From Yuukianura sp. NJ FZ-2021 (lineage: Eukaryota): a stretch of DNA of 64,000 nt. Shown piece by piece: positions 31,626-43,277 of the stretch. Where the stretch lies: contig CM102285.1 of NCBI GenBank assembly GCA_046563655.1, positions 5,828,001-5,892,000 of the forward strand, read 5' to 3'. Each line of letters opens with the position of its first letter. Positions within the stretch are counted from its first letter, which is position 1. Under the pieces are notes generated by a model. That model had not been told where the DNA came from, made no database searches, and worked only from the letters and a program-made list of their open reading frames with translations. Made by a program: the position numbers and the translations under genes.

Positions 31626-31904
31626 GGCGGTCGCACCTCCTTCCTGGTAAGATTAATTAATTAAGATTTTAATTAATAGTGTATGCATTTCACATGCAGA
31701 ATGAGTGTGTAACCAATGGAGATTCGAATTTATTGTTGTTATATGCTAACCAAACCTAACGCGCGCCTGCGGCGCGGAGATATAACAAACAACAATCCTT
31801 GGTTTCCATTGGTTACACCACAAATTCTCATTCTGTTTATCAAATTCACACTGTTAATTAGACTCTTAATTAATTAATCTTACCAAGAAGGAGGTGTGAC
31901 CGCC
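31626..31904. mobile_element. MITE-like unit nested in the palindrome arm (mirror copy about 33722-34000)
   Basis: TIR GGCGGTCRCACCTCCTTCYTGGTAAGATTAATTAATTAAGA at both ends; no TSD seen. Confidence 0.7.
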
Positions 31905-32240
31905 GAGGAATATACGTAGTTGTTTCTGGCATTTGCGTAGTAGTTTCTTGGTGTTCTGCTGGTGCAGGACCCTTGGTGGATTTTTCGTCCAGATCGTCGT
32001 CTCGCCCGATTGCATAAGAAGAGTTATGGGGAGGAACTTCTTCTTTTTTGGATTGACAATTCCGGGTAACGGAGGATCCGGGACCTTCCGAGGCACTGAA
32101 ATCAATTTGTTTTCCGTTGACACTGATGTCGCCTAGGCAGCCTTTGTAGTACTCTTCAGATTCTGCGGAATCAACCTTCATCTGGAAGTCTGTCGGGCGA
32201 CCACCGAACAACAACGTTGATCCGGGAGAAGACAGAGAGA
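31905..32240 (-). pseudogene. Laminin-G domain C-terminal fragment plus Thr-rich hinge (mirror copy on + at about 33386-33721)
   Basis: LLFGGRP...YKGCLGDISVNGKQIDF...C followed by TTTQMPETTT, typical of the end of an LG domain and the hinge of laminin alpha chains. Confidence 0.65.
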
Positions 32241-32500
32241 TAGTGGACCAGACGGAGCATTTTATAATTATATATCTCAATATTCATCTATTGTTGCTGT
32301 TAACTGGATAAATGATTTAAATTTTTTTTCTTTATGATTTTATGATTTAAACTATTTAAAAAAAGCAAAAAGAAAAGTTTTTTCTAACTGTATCTTTTTT
32401 AGTACTTACAGAGTAAAGCATAATACTTTTTTTAATGAAAGTCTACCCTTGTAGTCGTAACGCTTTTAAGTTGTTGTACCGCTAAAAACTCTATTTGTAG

Positions 32501-33126
32501 CAGGTCATTAGCGCGAAAACAAAAGGCGCGAATTCACTAGGCGCGAATGCATTAAGCGCGAATGCAATAAGGGCGTATGTAAATAAGCGCGAAGGTAATT
32601 AAGCGCGAATGTAAATAAGCGCGAATTCAATTGGCGCGCCCCTGCATTAGCGCGAAGGTAAATAAGCGCGAATTTCCAATAAACAAAGTCATAAATTTAA
32701 ATTCGTTAGTCTGCCATTTTTAACAACGGACTAGATGCTTGGAAACCTAACCAAACCTAACCTAAGCGTCATAAAACTATAGTTGTATGGTTTAGTGTAA
32801 CCTAACCTATGATAATTAAGTAAAATAAAACCAAAAAATATATTAAAAAAAAGACAAACCTACTAACCCTGTTCGAACTTTAAATTTTCTCAAATACAAG
32901 GAATTTGAAACCCAAATTAAAAAACCCAACTTCAGTTTCCATTTTAAATACGAATTCGCGCTTATTTACCCTCGCGCTAATGTAGCGGTGCGCCAATTGG
33001 ATTCGCGCTTATTTACATTCGCGCTTAATTACCTTCGCGCTTATTTACATACGCCCTTATTGCATTCGCGCTTAATGCATTCGCGCCTAGTAAATTCGCA
33101 CCTTTTGTTTTCGCGCTAATGACCTG
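32501..33126. mobile_element. MITE-like core of the palindrome with GCGCGAA subterminal repeats
   Basis: CAGGTCATTAGCGCGAAAAC...GCGCTAATGACCTG; about 10 (A)GCGCGAA-like units per side; CCTAA motifs in the spacer. Confidence 0.7.
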
Positions 33127-34201
33127 CTACGAATAGAGTTTTTAGCGGTACAACAACTTAAAAGCTTTACGACTACAAGGGTAGACTTTCATTAAAAAAA
33201 GTATTATGCTTTACTCTGTAAGTACTAAAAAAGATACAGTTAGAAAAAACTTTTCTTTTTCCTTTTTTTAAATAATTTAAATCATAAAATCATAAAGAAA
33301 AAAATTTAAATCATTTATCCAGTTAACAGCAACAATAGATGAATATTGAGATATATAATTATAAAATGCTCCGTCTGGTCCACTATCTCTCTGTCTTCTC
33401 CCGGATCAACGTTGTTGTTCGGTGGTCGCCCGACAGGCTTCCAGATGAAGGTTGATTCCGCAGAATCTGAAGAGTACTACAAAGGCTGCCTAGGCGACAT
33501 CAGTGTCAACGGAAAACAAATTGATTTCAGTGCCTCGGAAGGTCCCGGATCCTCCGTTACCCGGAATTGTCAATCCAAAAAAGAAGAAGTTCCTCCCCAA
33601 AACTCTTCTTATGCAATCGGGCGAGACGACGATCTGGACGAAAAATCCACCAAGGGTCCTGCACCAGCAGAACACCAAGAAACTACTACGCAAATGCCAG
33701 AAACAACTACGTATATTCCTCGGCGGTCACACCTCCTTCTTGGTAAGATTAATTAATTAAGAGTCTAATTAACAGTGTGAATTTGATAAACAGAATGAGA
33801 ATTTGTGGTGTAACCAATGGAAACCAAGGATTGTTGTTTGTTATATCTCCGCGCCGCAGGCGCGCGTTAGGTTTGGTTAGCATATAACAACAATAAATTC
33901 AAATCTCCATTGGTTACACACTCATTCTGCATGTGAAATGCATACACTATTAATTAAAATCTTAATTAATTAATCTTACCAGGAAGGAGGTGCGACCGCC
34001 AAAAACGAATTTCAGATTTGGAATCTACACCCAAAAATTGATATAAAACGATATTTTAATCGTAGAAAATCGAGTGGCCGTTTTGCCGAATATAAGCCAA
34101 ACGGTTTCTCAGTTCTTCTACAGTTTTGAGACAGGCCGGTTTAAGTCGCATCAATTGTCAACTCCCTCCAGAAGACCTATGCTCAACCCTTGAGCATTGC
34201 C

Positions 34202-37200
34202 CTACCTTGTTTGAAGTAACTTTTCGATTTCTTGATTCATAATTTCTCGTACATTTGGTGAGTATGAGTAAGGTGCGACTGCAATTGGTCTGCCTTGAGT
34301 TTCGATCTGATGACATCCGAAGCTTGTTCGTCCATAATTTCCATCCGGTCTTGCGACATCAGGGAATTTTTTGAGTACCTCCAGTACTTTTGCCTCTCTC
34401 GGATCTACTTTTTCATTTTCTTGAGGATTTTCAGTTGTCACTGTTAGAGCTACTATTTTAGCATCTCGTTCTGGAGAAAATTTGGTTTTGAATATTTCGT
34501 TTGGTCTTGACTTGAACCAAAATTGATCTGTAGAAACATCAATGACGATCTGGTACTTGTGCATGACATCACGACCAATGATTAAAGGAAATGGAAGTGT
34601 CTGCATCACAAAGGCTTTGACATGGATGAATGTTCCTCCAAATTTGAGCTGAAGATTGATTTTTCCTAATGGCTTCAATTTTGAATTGTCAGCAATGGTA
34701 AGTTGAAGTGAACACGGTTCGAAGAGTTTTTGAATTTTGTGAGCCAAATTTTTGTGAATTAGGGTGTAGTCACTGCCGGAATCGAATAACGCGTGAATTT
34801 CTTCTTGAGAATTTGAGGTTGCGCAAAGAGAACTCAATTTGAGAATTGGGAGTAAATAAGATTGCGCTGTCTTATTCTCCCTCAATAGTTTAAATTTTGA
34901 GATGAATTTTGTCCCTATCCCTCTAGGACTTGAAATTCTTTTTGTTCACTTTCTCCAGTGAATAGAACAAGCGGTTTCTTGTTGCCACATTCGTTAGCCC
35001 AATGCCCATAACCTTGGCACTTTGGGCATTTCCCAGGGGGATCTTTCTGCGATTTGGAACTCGGTCCTGGCTGTTGATTGTCATTGTTTCTTCCCTGTTC
35101 GGGATTTCGATTTTGGGAATTCCCATATCCTTGGTTCTGATAACCGCGTTTGTAACCTCGACGAAATGGTCTGGAAGAATTGTACCCACGATTGGAGTAC
35201 TTAGCCACATATCCTTCATCTTGCGATCCGGAATTTCGTTGAAAAGGGTTGTAATTTGGATTGTAGTTTCTGCCTTTGTAATTTGGGTTCTGGTAGTGTC
35301 CGTGTCTTGGAACACGTCGGTAAAATCCTCTAGATCGTTGTTTATGATTTGGGAACCATCCAGGTTGAGATTGATTCTGTTGTTGAGATTCTTGTTCCGG
35401 ATTCAATTCGGAATTGTAAACGACTATCGAGTCTTGTTGATAATTCTGAGTATTGTTATTTCCTCGGCCACTATAATTTTCGTACGGGCGGGATTGAAAT
35501 CTCTGCGAAAAGTTTCCTCGCTGATCGCTGCTTGTATTTTGCAAACTGGATGCAACAAGCGGAGGTAGAGCGTCATAAATTCTGCGACTTTTGTCCTCTG
35601 CAGTAAGATTTTCATGTGCAACTCGACAAGCTGCAAATAATTCTTGTGGAGTCTCGAACTCTCTTTCCCCAAGCGGGGTTCTGAGTCTTGGAAACAATGA
35701 AGCTTTGACTCTTTTGATCATTTATTTCAGTGTTTCACTTGGAAAACACAACTTTGCTAAGCGTAGCATTTCATAGATCGTTTCCGTAGGATCTCGGAAG
35801 TGTTGAACTCTGTTCGTGAAATATTTGATCCGATTTCTCTGTTCATCCTCTCCGTCGAAACGTTGAATGAAAATTTTCTTAAATTCTTCCCAATCCTTTG
35901 TTTCGGAATTAACATGTTGCCACCAAGCGTGACTTTCCTCTGGAAGAACAGTTTTGACTAAATATAACCATTGTTGAGGTGCGTGACCTTGCGTAGTGAA
36001 GAAACGTTCAACGTCTTTGAGAAATGATTCTGCGGTATGCCGCTTTGGATTAAACTTTGGAAGTATCAGTTGAGAATTAACTGCTGTGACACGAACAGTT
36101 TTGAGAGCTTCAGCCAAGGCTTCCGTCGTAACGAAGCTTGAAGTCGGAGAGGCTGGTGAATGTGAAGTCAAAATTTGTAAGCTTTTGGGCCGCTGTGATG
36201 AAGTTGATTGAATTGGGGTTGATCCAATTTGTTGTTGACCCAGTTGTTGTTGATCATTTGTCTGAACTAATTGTTGCTGTTGAACAGCTTTTCTTTGAGC
36301 TTTAGCTGCGTGCTTGGTCCGTTCCGCTTCATTGAGAGCAGCGGAGAATAATTGAGCAAGAGCTGACATCTGTCGGTCACTGAATGGATAATCTCCTTCT
36401 TCTTCTTGTTGGTTTGATCTGTCAGTCATTTCTTGATCCAAATTCAAATTCGGCTCGAAATTTTGATTTTCTGGCGTAGAATGTGCGGTACTTGCTGAGC
36501 TTCCAGCTTCCTCTGACCTTTGACCTTCTAGGTCTGACATTGCTGTAGTTGATTTGCGAATTATTCGTTCACTTCGAGTTTTACTTGGTCCAAATGTTGC
36601 AGTTGGAATTTTCGTTTGCGTAGGTTTTTTGCTCATTAAGCACTTTTCAGAATCCTTCTAGGATTTATCGTTATGAATTTTGATTTTTTAATTTAAAATT
36701 GTTCAATTTAACAGTTAACTTGTTTTAAAAACTTTAATTTTTTAACGAAAATCCAATTTTTTCTTTGCTTTAAGAAGTTTGTCAATTGATTTGCAAATTA
36801 TTTAAATCGTTAACGAGAATTAATTAATTAAAATCTTTACAAATGTGCAAAAGTTCGTTAAAAGTTATTAATTAACAATTTGTCCCTCTAGGACTGAGTT
36901 TGTTTGCTTTACAGTTGAGTCTCTTTTGAATTTAAAAACAAAACAGTTATTTTTTACGCGAAAGTTTGAATTTACCAATTGTTTTTATCGAACAGCTGAC
37001 TTTTGTTTTTGTTTTGAATTGAAATGTCAATTTTTAGCGAAATTGGAATTTGTTTTTGCAATCAGCTGACTTTTGTTTATTTTTACATCTCAAATGTCAA
37101 ACGTCAAATGTCAATTTTTAGTTTTGCAATTGGAATTTGTCTCTTGTTTTTTGTTTTGCAATTTTGCAACTTTTCAATTGTACTTTTGTACGTTTTTTGA

Positions 37201-38030
37201 CATACGTCAATTTGCTCAATTCTGATTGGCTGTCTTTTCACCTGTGGTGGTATGGTCGGGTGGGAACATAATCTCCCCTTCTTCTCGCTTTTTTCTTTTT
37301 TCCGTTATGGGCGTGGCTTCTGAACAGCCATTTTAACTTTTTGACAAGAAAACGCTATCTCCTTAGATTTTTTGAAAAATCGGGCAGCACCCGTGCCCCA
37401 ATTTACAATTTGTAAAAAAAATCGCCTTCCAGGCCTTATGTCGTTGACCCCTGACCTTCTGGTCGCTTGAAGGGGTTATGCGGTGCTGTAGAGATGGAAA
37501 AGGAAGAAAAAGAAAAAAAATCTTCCACTTTATGTTTTTAAAAATTTTTACAGTTTTAGGAAATTTTAGCCAATTTTAACTTTTTATCTTTTTAAATTTT
37601 TAACTTTTTAGTTTTTAAACTTTAAGTTTCCCGTCTTCTGCTCCACTGACAGGCTTTGTTTTAAACGAAAATCGCGAAAATGAAGCGAAAAGGAAAGGAA
37701 TTCTCTTTGACTTTCACATTTTGACAATTTTTGTTAATTTTTTACCGCTGTTTCAGTTGTCTCCGAGGATTGCAGGGTAGTCTCCTTGATTCACGGAACG
37801 TCACGTGTGCCGGATGGGATGACCTGTGACCTGAGATGCTGGTGAGCCGAAGGAAGGAAGCGGACGACGAGAGAGAGACAACCAAGAGAGATGAGAAACC
37901 AAAGGATGGTTTATTGAGATTGATATGAGTGTGTGTATGTATGAATGCAATAGCCTATCATAGCCTATGGGGGTGAGTCGGGGTGCTGTATATGGGGTGT
38001 GGTATAATACGAATTGGGAAAAGTTATAAG
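34202..38030 (-). mobile_element. Truncated, degenerate Ty3/gypsy retrotransposon (gag, protease, start of RT; probable 5' LTR about 37410-38030)
   Basis: Gag at 36636-34915 has one in-frame TAA at 35722-35724 and CCHC CPKCQGYGHWANEC. Protease LFDSGS...IIGRD, then RT start PIAVAPY, then truncation. LTR limits uncertain. Confidence 0.8.
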
Positions 38031-39212
38031 GCGTGATCACTATATTACCCTTTAATGGGTGTCCTTCTTGAAATTTTCTTGTTGGAGGAGTTCGCTCACC
38101 TTTGAAATTCATTCTTGCCACGCTAATTCTAATTCCTACAAACGTATCATAAGGTTGATATCCAGTGAATCTAAACATTCAGTGATTTCAGTCGTGAGTC
38201 ATTTCTGTCCATGGTGGCGTAATTTATGAACAGTAGATCGTAAAAAAACATGAACTTTGACCCAATCTTGGAAGAAATTCCTGAATGATTGATACGATGC
38301 TCAGAAAAATACAACCAGTTTTCACATCAGCATACGCTGCAAATCATCGCTTAAATCATTTTTTACGTTTTTGCAACCGTTTAGCCGTAGGAAGGAAAAC
38401 AACTACATATAGCAAAAATACGATCACAAGTTTCACGAATGGGCTTCAGAAAACCTAGGCTTGGATGAAGCGTAGAGTTTTGACAAAATAAAATATTTAA
38501 GTGAAATTTTCCAGCGTATGCTAATGCCAAAAGCGTGGTTGTAGTTTCCTGATAGTCATATCAATTATTAAGCAATTGTCTCCTAAGTCCTTTGGGAAAT
38601 CACATCTTAACGAAACTGTCCAACAACTCATTAAGGTGAAAACAGATGAGCTGATATCGAAGTTTCGAATACTGTTTCAGTTGCAGACTTGGACTTGGTT
38701 TCTAATAAACTTCCTGCAAAGACGATATAAACAAGTATCGTCAGATCAATTATACAGAAAAATTTTATATTCTGGACATTCTAGTGAGGGGCTCGGTTTT
38801 TTCGTTTGGGTTACGCCTTCTGCATCACCTTTTATCTCGAAAAACCAGCCCCTCATTTGCATGTGTATAATCTAAAATTCTCTCTGTAAAGAATCGCGGT
38901 GCAGAATATTTTGACCTTGACCTATGCCATTATTAGAGGTTGGAACAGTTGGAACGGTTGGAACAAGCAACAGTTGGAATCTTAGCCCATGGACGTGGAG
39001 TTTTAAGAACACGTTTTTATAGATAATTTGTTTTAGAGTTTTATAGATAACCTTTAGGCAAGTAGTTAAAACACGACAATAATTTCCATTTTACGAATAA
39101 AGTGTAAAATTGGTAGTTTCGATACTCTAATTTTGCAGATTGTCATTTATTTACTTTCAATTTCAAACATGTTGCTTACTAGGAGACAGAAATATTTGCA
39201 TGCATACCACTA

Positions 39213-40153
39213 CCGTAAATGCTCTAATGCAAGCGCGTATTCTAATATAAGCGCATACTCTAATGCAAGCGCGGTTTCAGTGGGGGCAAATTGCGTTATA
39301 AGCGCGGTAGCTAACCTGAGTTTAAAGCAGAGCCTAGAGCAAAGTGACATCATCTGTTTAACTTCTACGTTGCTAATTTGACTCAAATCAAAATGTAGCA
39401 CTTAAATACAAGTTTTAAAATGGTGTAACTAAAATACGATCGTTTGATCTCAGTTTTAAGTTAAAAGTGGTTCAGTACGCTTCTACTAATACCACGGATG
39501 GTAACGTAGCTCACTTCGTAATACACCGAAAACAAGTCTTCAGTTGGCTGAAGCAAAAGGATAAAATCGGTAAAAATTTAACTAATTTTACCTTTCGATT
39601 CGAGAAAACAACTTTCTAAAGAAGCAGACAAAATGGTTTACGATTGGATTTTAAATCAGCGCACCAACCAGCAAAGTGTCTCCTTCAAATCTATTCGCGT
39701 GAAAGCTAGGGAAGTCTACTCTGCAGTGCTTCAAACAAACGAATTTCAGGCCAGCAGTGGTTGGCTACAAAAATTTATGAAGCGCCATGACCTCAGTTTG
39801 AGAAAGAAAGCGTCGTTGGCTCAAAAAGATCCAAATTCGTTATTTGAGTAGCTTGTCGAGTTCGTCATGTACACACTTCCAACCTCGCTGTTACGAATAA
39901 AATTTCCAACCCAAATATTATTGCCATGACTGGAATATTTTTTGACATGCCAAGTATTACTACAGTGGGCACATTTGGAGGAGGCTTGAAGAAAGCAACA
40001 GTGACACCAGCGACGAATGGGATCACTATTAATTGAATTTTGGCTCACTTAAAACTTATTAATTATTGCGGTAATAAATAGTGTTCTAATAGAGGCGCGT
40101 CCGAAAGGTCGAAAATTCTTATAAGCGGCGCGCTTATATTAGAGCATTTACGG
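39213..40153 (+). mobile_element. Internally deleted pogo/Tigger DNA transposon
   Basis: TIR CCGTAAATGCTCTAAT...AGAGCATTTACGG with TA TSD; CENP-B HTH remnant FQASSGWLQKFMKRHDLSLR; empty site in the paralog at ~42913. Confidence 0.9.
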
Positions 40154-40190
40154 TACTTTTATTTAAACAAAGAAGATTCTCTCATTCTGT

Positions 40191-41431
40191 TCAAAATGCA
40201 AGGAGAAGGTTTATAATGGGGCCCACAACCACTTCAGCCCAAATGAACAAAATGAATTCTCTAGTTTCAAAAGAGGCCGCAGTTCCAACGTGGATTCGTA
40301 GCGGAGTCATTCCTTTCCAAAATTTTGAATCGAATTTTGAGTGTTCTCGGGCATGACGACGAGCATTTTGAATAAAATCGTTAGACAGAATATGCTGGTT
40401 TGTTGAAAGACTAATAATCAAATTTGCTGAAACTACGCAAACAAAATCAGCACAAATCATAGTGAATACGATCACAAAGGAATACCCAGAACTCCTCATT
40501 GTGAAAAACGTTGTAATGATAATGACCATGAGAATGTTCAGTGTGATGAAAGAAATTGCATCTTCAAATGCTACTCGAAAGGCTTCAGCAGCCACCTTGA
40601 GTTTCAAGTACGCCATATGCACCTCTGAACTGTGTGCCCAGAAGCGATTCGCATCCGTATCTAAGCCTGTTTCACTGCCAAGTAAAAATATGTTGTACTT
40701 TAAGTAGCAACTCTTGATTTGAAACTTTCTTACCAAGTGAGATCCTTTAACCTTTGAATAGTTGTAAATAAATATGTATACATCCAGTGACCGAAGACCA
40801 TACAACTGATGGCTGAATGCGCCAATCCAATTGCAACAATAAATATAAGACTAAATTTACATGAGCTGAAAATCCAGGAAAAGGCAGCAGATTCTGGAGT
40901 GCTAAATTGTGAAGCAATAGTAGACATTCCATTATGAAATGTAGTGAAAAGCCCAGGAAATGTCCATGACACTGCATACAACATTGGACCAAACAACATT
41001 GGATATAAGACCGAATTGTAGAAGCAGATGTAGCAGATTAGTTCATAAAAGAAGGGCAATTTTTTGGACAAGTGGAACATGGTATCCAGAGCGACGTTGA
41101 CAACATTAATACAATGGTTTCTAGAATCTGGGATGAGTATAACATATTGTGTTATGTGAAATATGCTAAAGCCGCCGTTCAACCCAATGGCAAATATTTT
41201 TTCCATTTCTGTTGTAGCTCCGAATACTACTTCGTAGTACAAGTAAGAAATAAACAAACCTACAACAAATGTTGAAAATATTCCAAAAATTCTACACACT
41301 GACTGAAAGTGGACTGAGTGAACTAAAGTATCGGGTTTGTTACGTCCAAAGGTGTACTGAACAGGGACATAATTCAGGGCTCCTGCCCACATGTACAACA
41401 ACTTCACACACAATTTTAGCGTTTTCTGCAT
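40191..41431 (-). pseudogene. Intronless multi-TM chemoreceptor-like (GR/OR superfamily-like) gene with one frameshift
   Basis: Two overlapping hydrophobic ORFs join near 40740 into a ~410-aa 7TM-like protein ending PLRIHVG...INLLLAF. The family assignment is inferred. Confidence 0.55.
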
Positions 41432-42947
41432 TCGAAAATTTAATATACTATTCAATACGCAAAGTTGTCGTTTTTACTATTATACGCTATTACGTTAACC
41501 AAGCAAAAAATAATAATTTGTACAAATACTACCAACACTTACAACAAAATCTACAACTGAAGTCGTACACCAAAGTAATAAAGAAAGTTTGAAAAATTTC
41601 CTATAATTTCCTATTTCAGAAACCAAAGTTTACCTCCTTTTCAACTGGTCAACCGCTGCATCCGAAATGGATTTCAATACCAGGTGGGTGTCGTGTTTTC
41701 TTGTTGGGCCCTCATCCACTTTATTTTTAATTTATATGTCAAACGAGTCGATTTTTTCAGTTTATAGGATCTAGAATTGAAAATGAGTGAAGCTATTGCC
41801 TGCCGGGTTAAATTTTTCGCTGCCAATTCTGAAACAGAAAACAATGTTAAAAGCCGCGGCATCGTCGTCGCTCTGTCTCATAACTTCATTATGATTGCTA
41901 CATAATTGAGTTGTATCATGGCACATTTACATCTGATAAAGCTGAAGAAGTAAACACATTACCTATCTTTTGCTAATTCTTAGTTGTATAACTTTGCTAT
42001 TTTGAGAGTCTCGTTTAGCTCAATCAAAAATTAAATGACAACCATGCAGGGAACCGATTTCGACAATTTTTCCAAGTAACGAACCTGTTAATTGAACATG
42101 GAAATGTTACAAATCAATAACTTCTTTTCTTCAGAAATAGGCTTTCTTGCGAATAATGTTAACCTTACATGAAGAAATTTATTAAACGGAACAGACTTTT
42201 TTTCTTCTAAAAAAATGTGATTTTTGGAATAACAGCTTCTTTTAAAAGTGTCGTTTTTTAAATCTTAATCGCTGAGATTGTTGCCTTCAAAGACTGTAGG
42301 ATTTGGTCTGTTCTGATAAGGTTGAAAGCATTTTTGACATCTTGAGCAGTACCTTGCGAGACGGATGAGTAGTAGTATTTGAGTATAATCTACTACCATG
42401 AACGACAGCTTCGGTATCATTCGGCACACCAAAAAGCTTGAGTAGGTGTGACTACGAAGGTTTTGCGTCGTTGTTGACCTAAACAACTGTTTTTTTTAAG
42501 AACCTTGAGCAGCATACTAAATTAAATCGTCAAATTAATTATTCAGCATTCATTGTTTATCACTCAACGCGAAGCTCAATAGGTTGCTATTATATGGCAT
42601 GACTTAAGGAAGTTGAGTAATAAATATTAAATACGTTTAACATAAAACCTGTGAATAATAAATTACAAAATTTGGCCCACACACGGTCTCACCTTTTTCG
42701 GCCGATTAAGTGTTATTTAGTTTCCGGTGGCAATATAGCACTGGCTGCTTCATCTTCTGTTTGACGTGACTTCACAACATCTTCTAACGAGAGAAACATT
42801 TTGGCGTGCTCTCCAAGTTATGAATTTTAAAATTAGAGTCATTCTATACATGCCGCATGTATATGCCGAAAGAAAATTTTCTGCAGTAGTTTCGGTTGCG
42901 AACGCTTACCACTACTTTTATTTAAACAAAGAAGGTTCTCATTCTGT

Positions 42948-43277
42948 TCAAAATGCAAGAAGTAGGTAAGTAGGTTTACAATGGAGCCCATAACCACTTC
43001 AGCCCAAATGAACAAAATGAATTCTCTAGTTACAAAAGAGGCCGCCGTTCCAACGTGTATTCGTAACGGAGTCATTCCTTTCCAGAATTTTGATTCGGAT
43101 TTTGAGTGTTCTCGGGCACGACGACGGGCATTTCGAATGTAATCGTTAGACAGAATATGGTGGTTTGTTGAAAGACTAATAATCAAATTTGTTCCCATTA
43201 CGCAAGCACAATCAGCAAAAGCCATAATAAATACGATCACAAAAGGATAACCACAGCTCCTGATTGTGCAAAATGTT
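42948..43277 (-). pseudogene. 3' fragment paralog of the 40191-41431 receptor-like gene
   Basis: Aligns with 40191-40510, is cut at 43278 by duplicate B, and an 8-bp tandem duplication shifts the frame. Confidence 0.75.

Larger units (their letters stand above)
31536..34090. repeat. Large palindrome: ~1.14-kb inverted arms (31536-32674 and 32953-34090) with a ~280-bp spacer
   Basis: The arms are reverse complements with a few substitutions; mirrored ORFs 31870-32280(-) and 33346-33756(+). Confidence 0.95.

Noticed and set aside
32508..32674. GCGCGAA periodic repeats as CRISPR or iterons
   Set aside because: They are subterminal repeats mirrored in the opposite TIR of a MITE-like core
35002..35568. 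188-aa hydrophobic ORF as a membrane protein
   Set aside because: Antisense shadow of the Asn/Gln/Arg-rich gypsy gag
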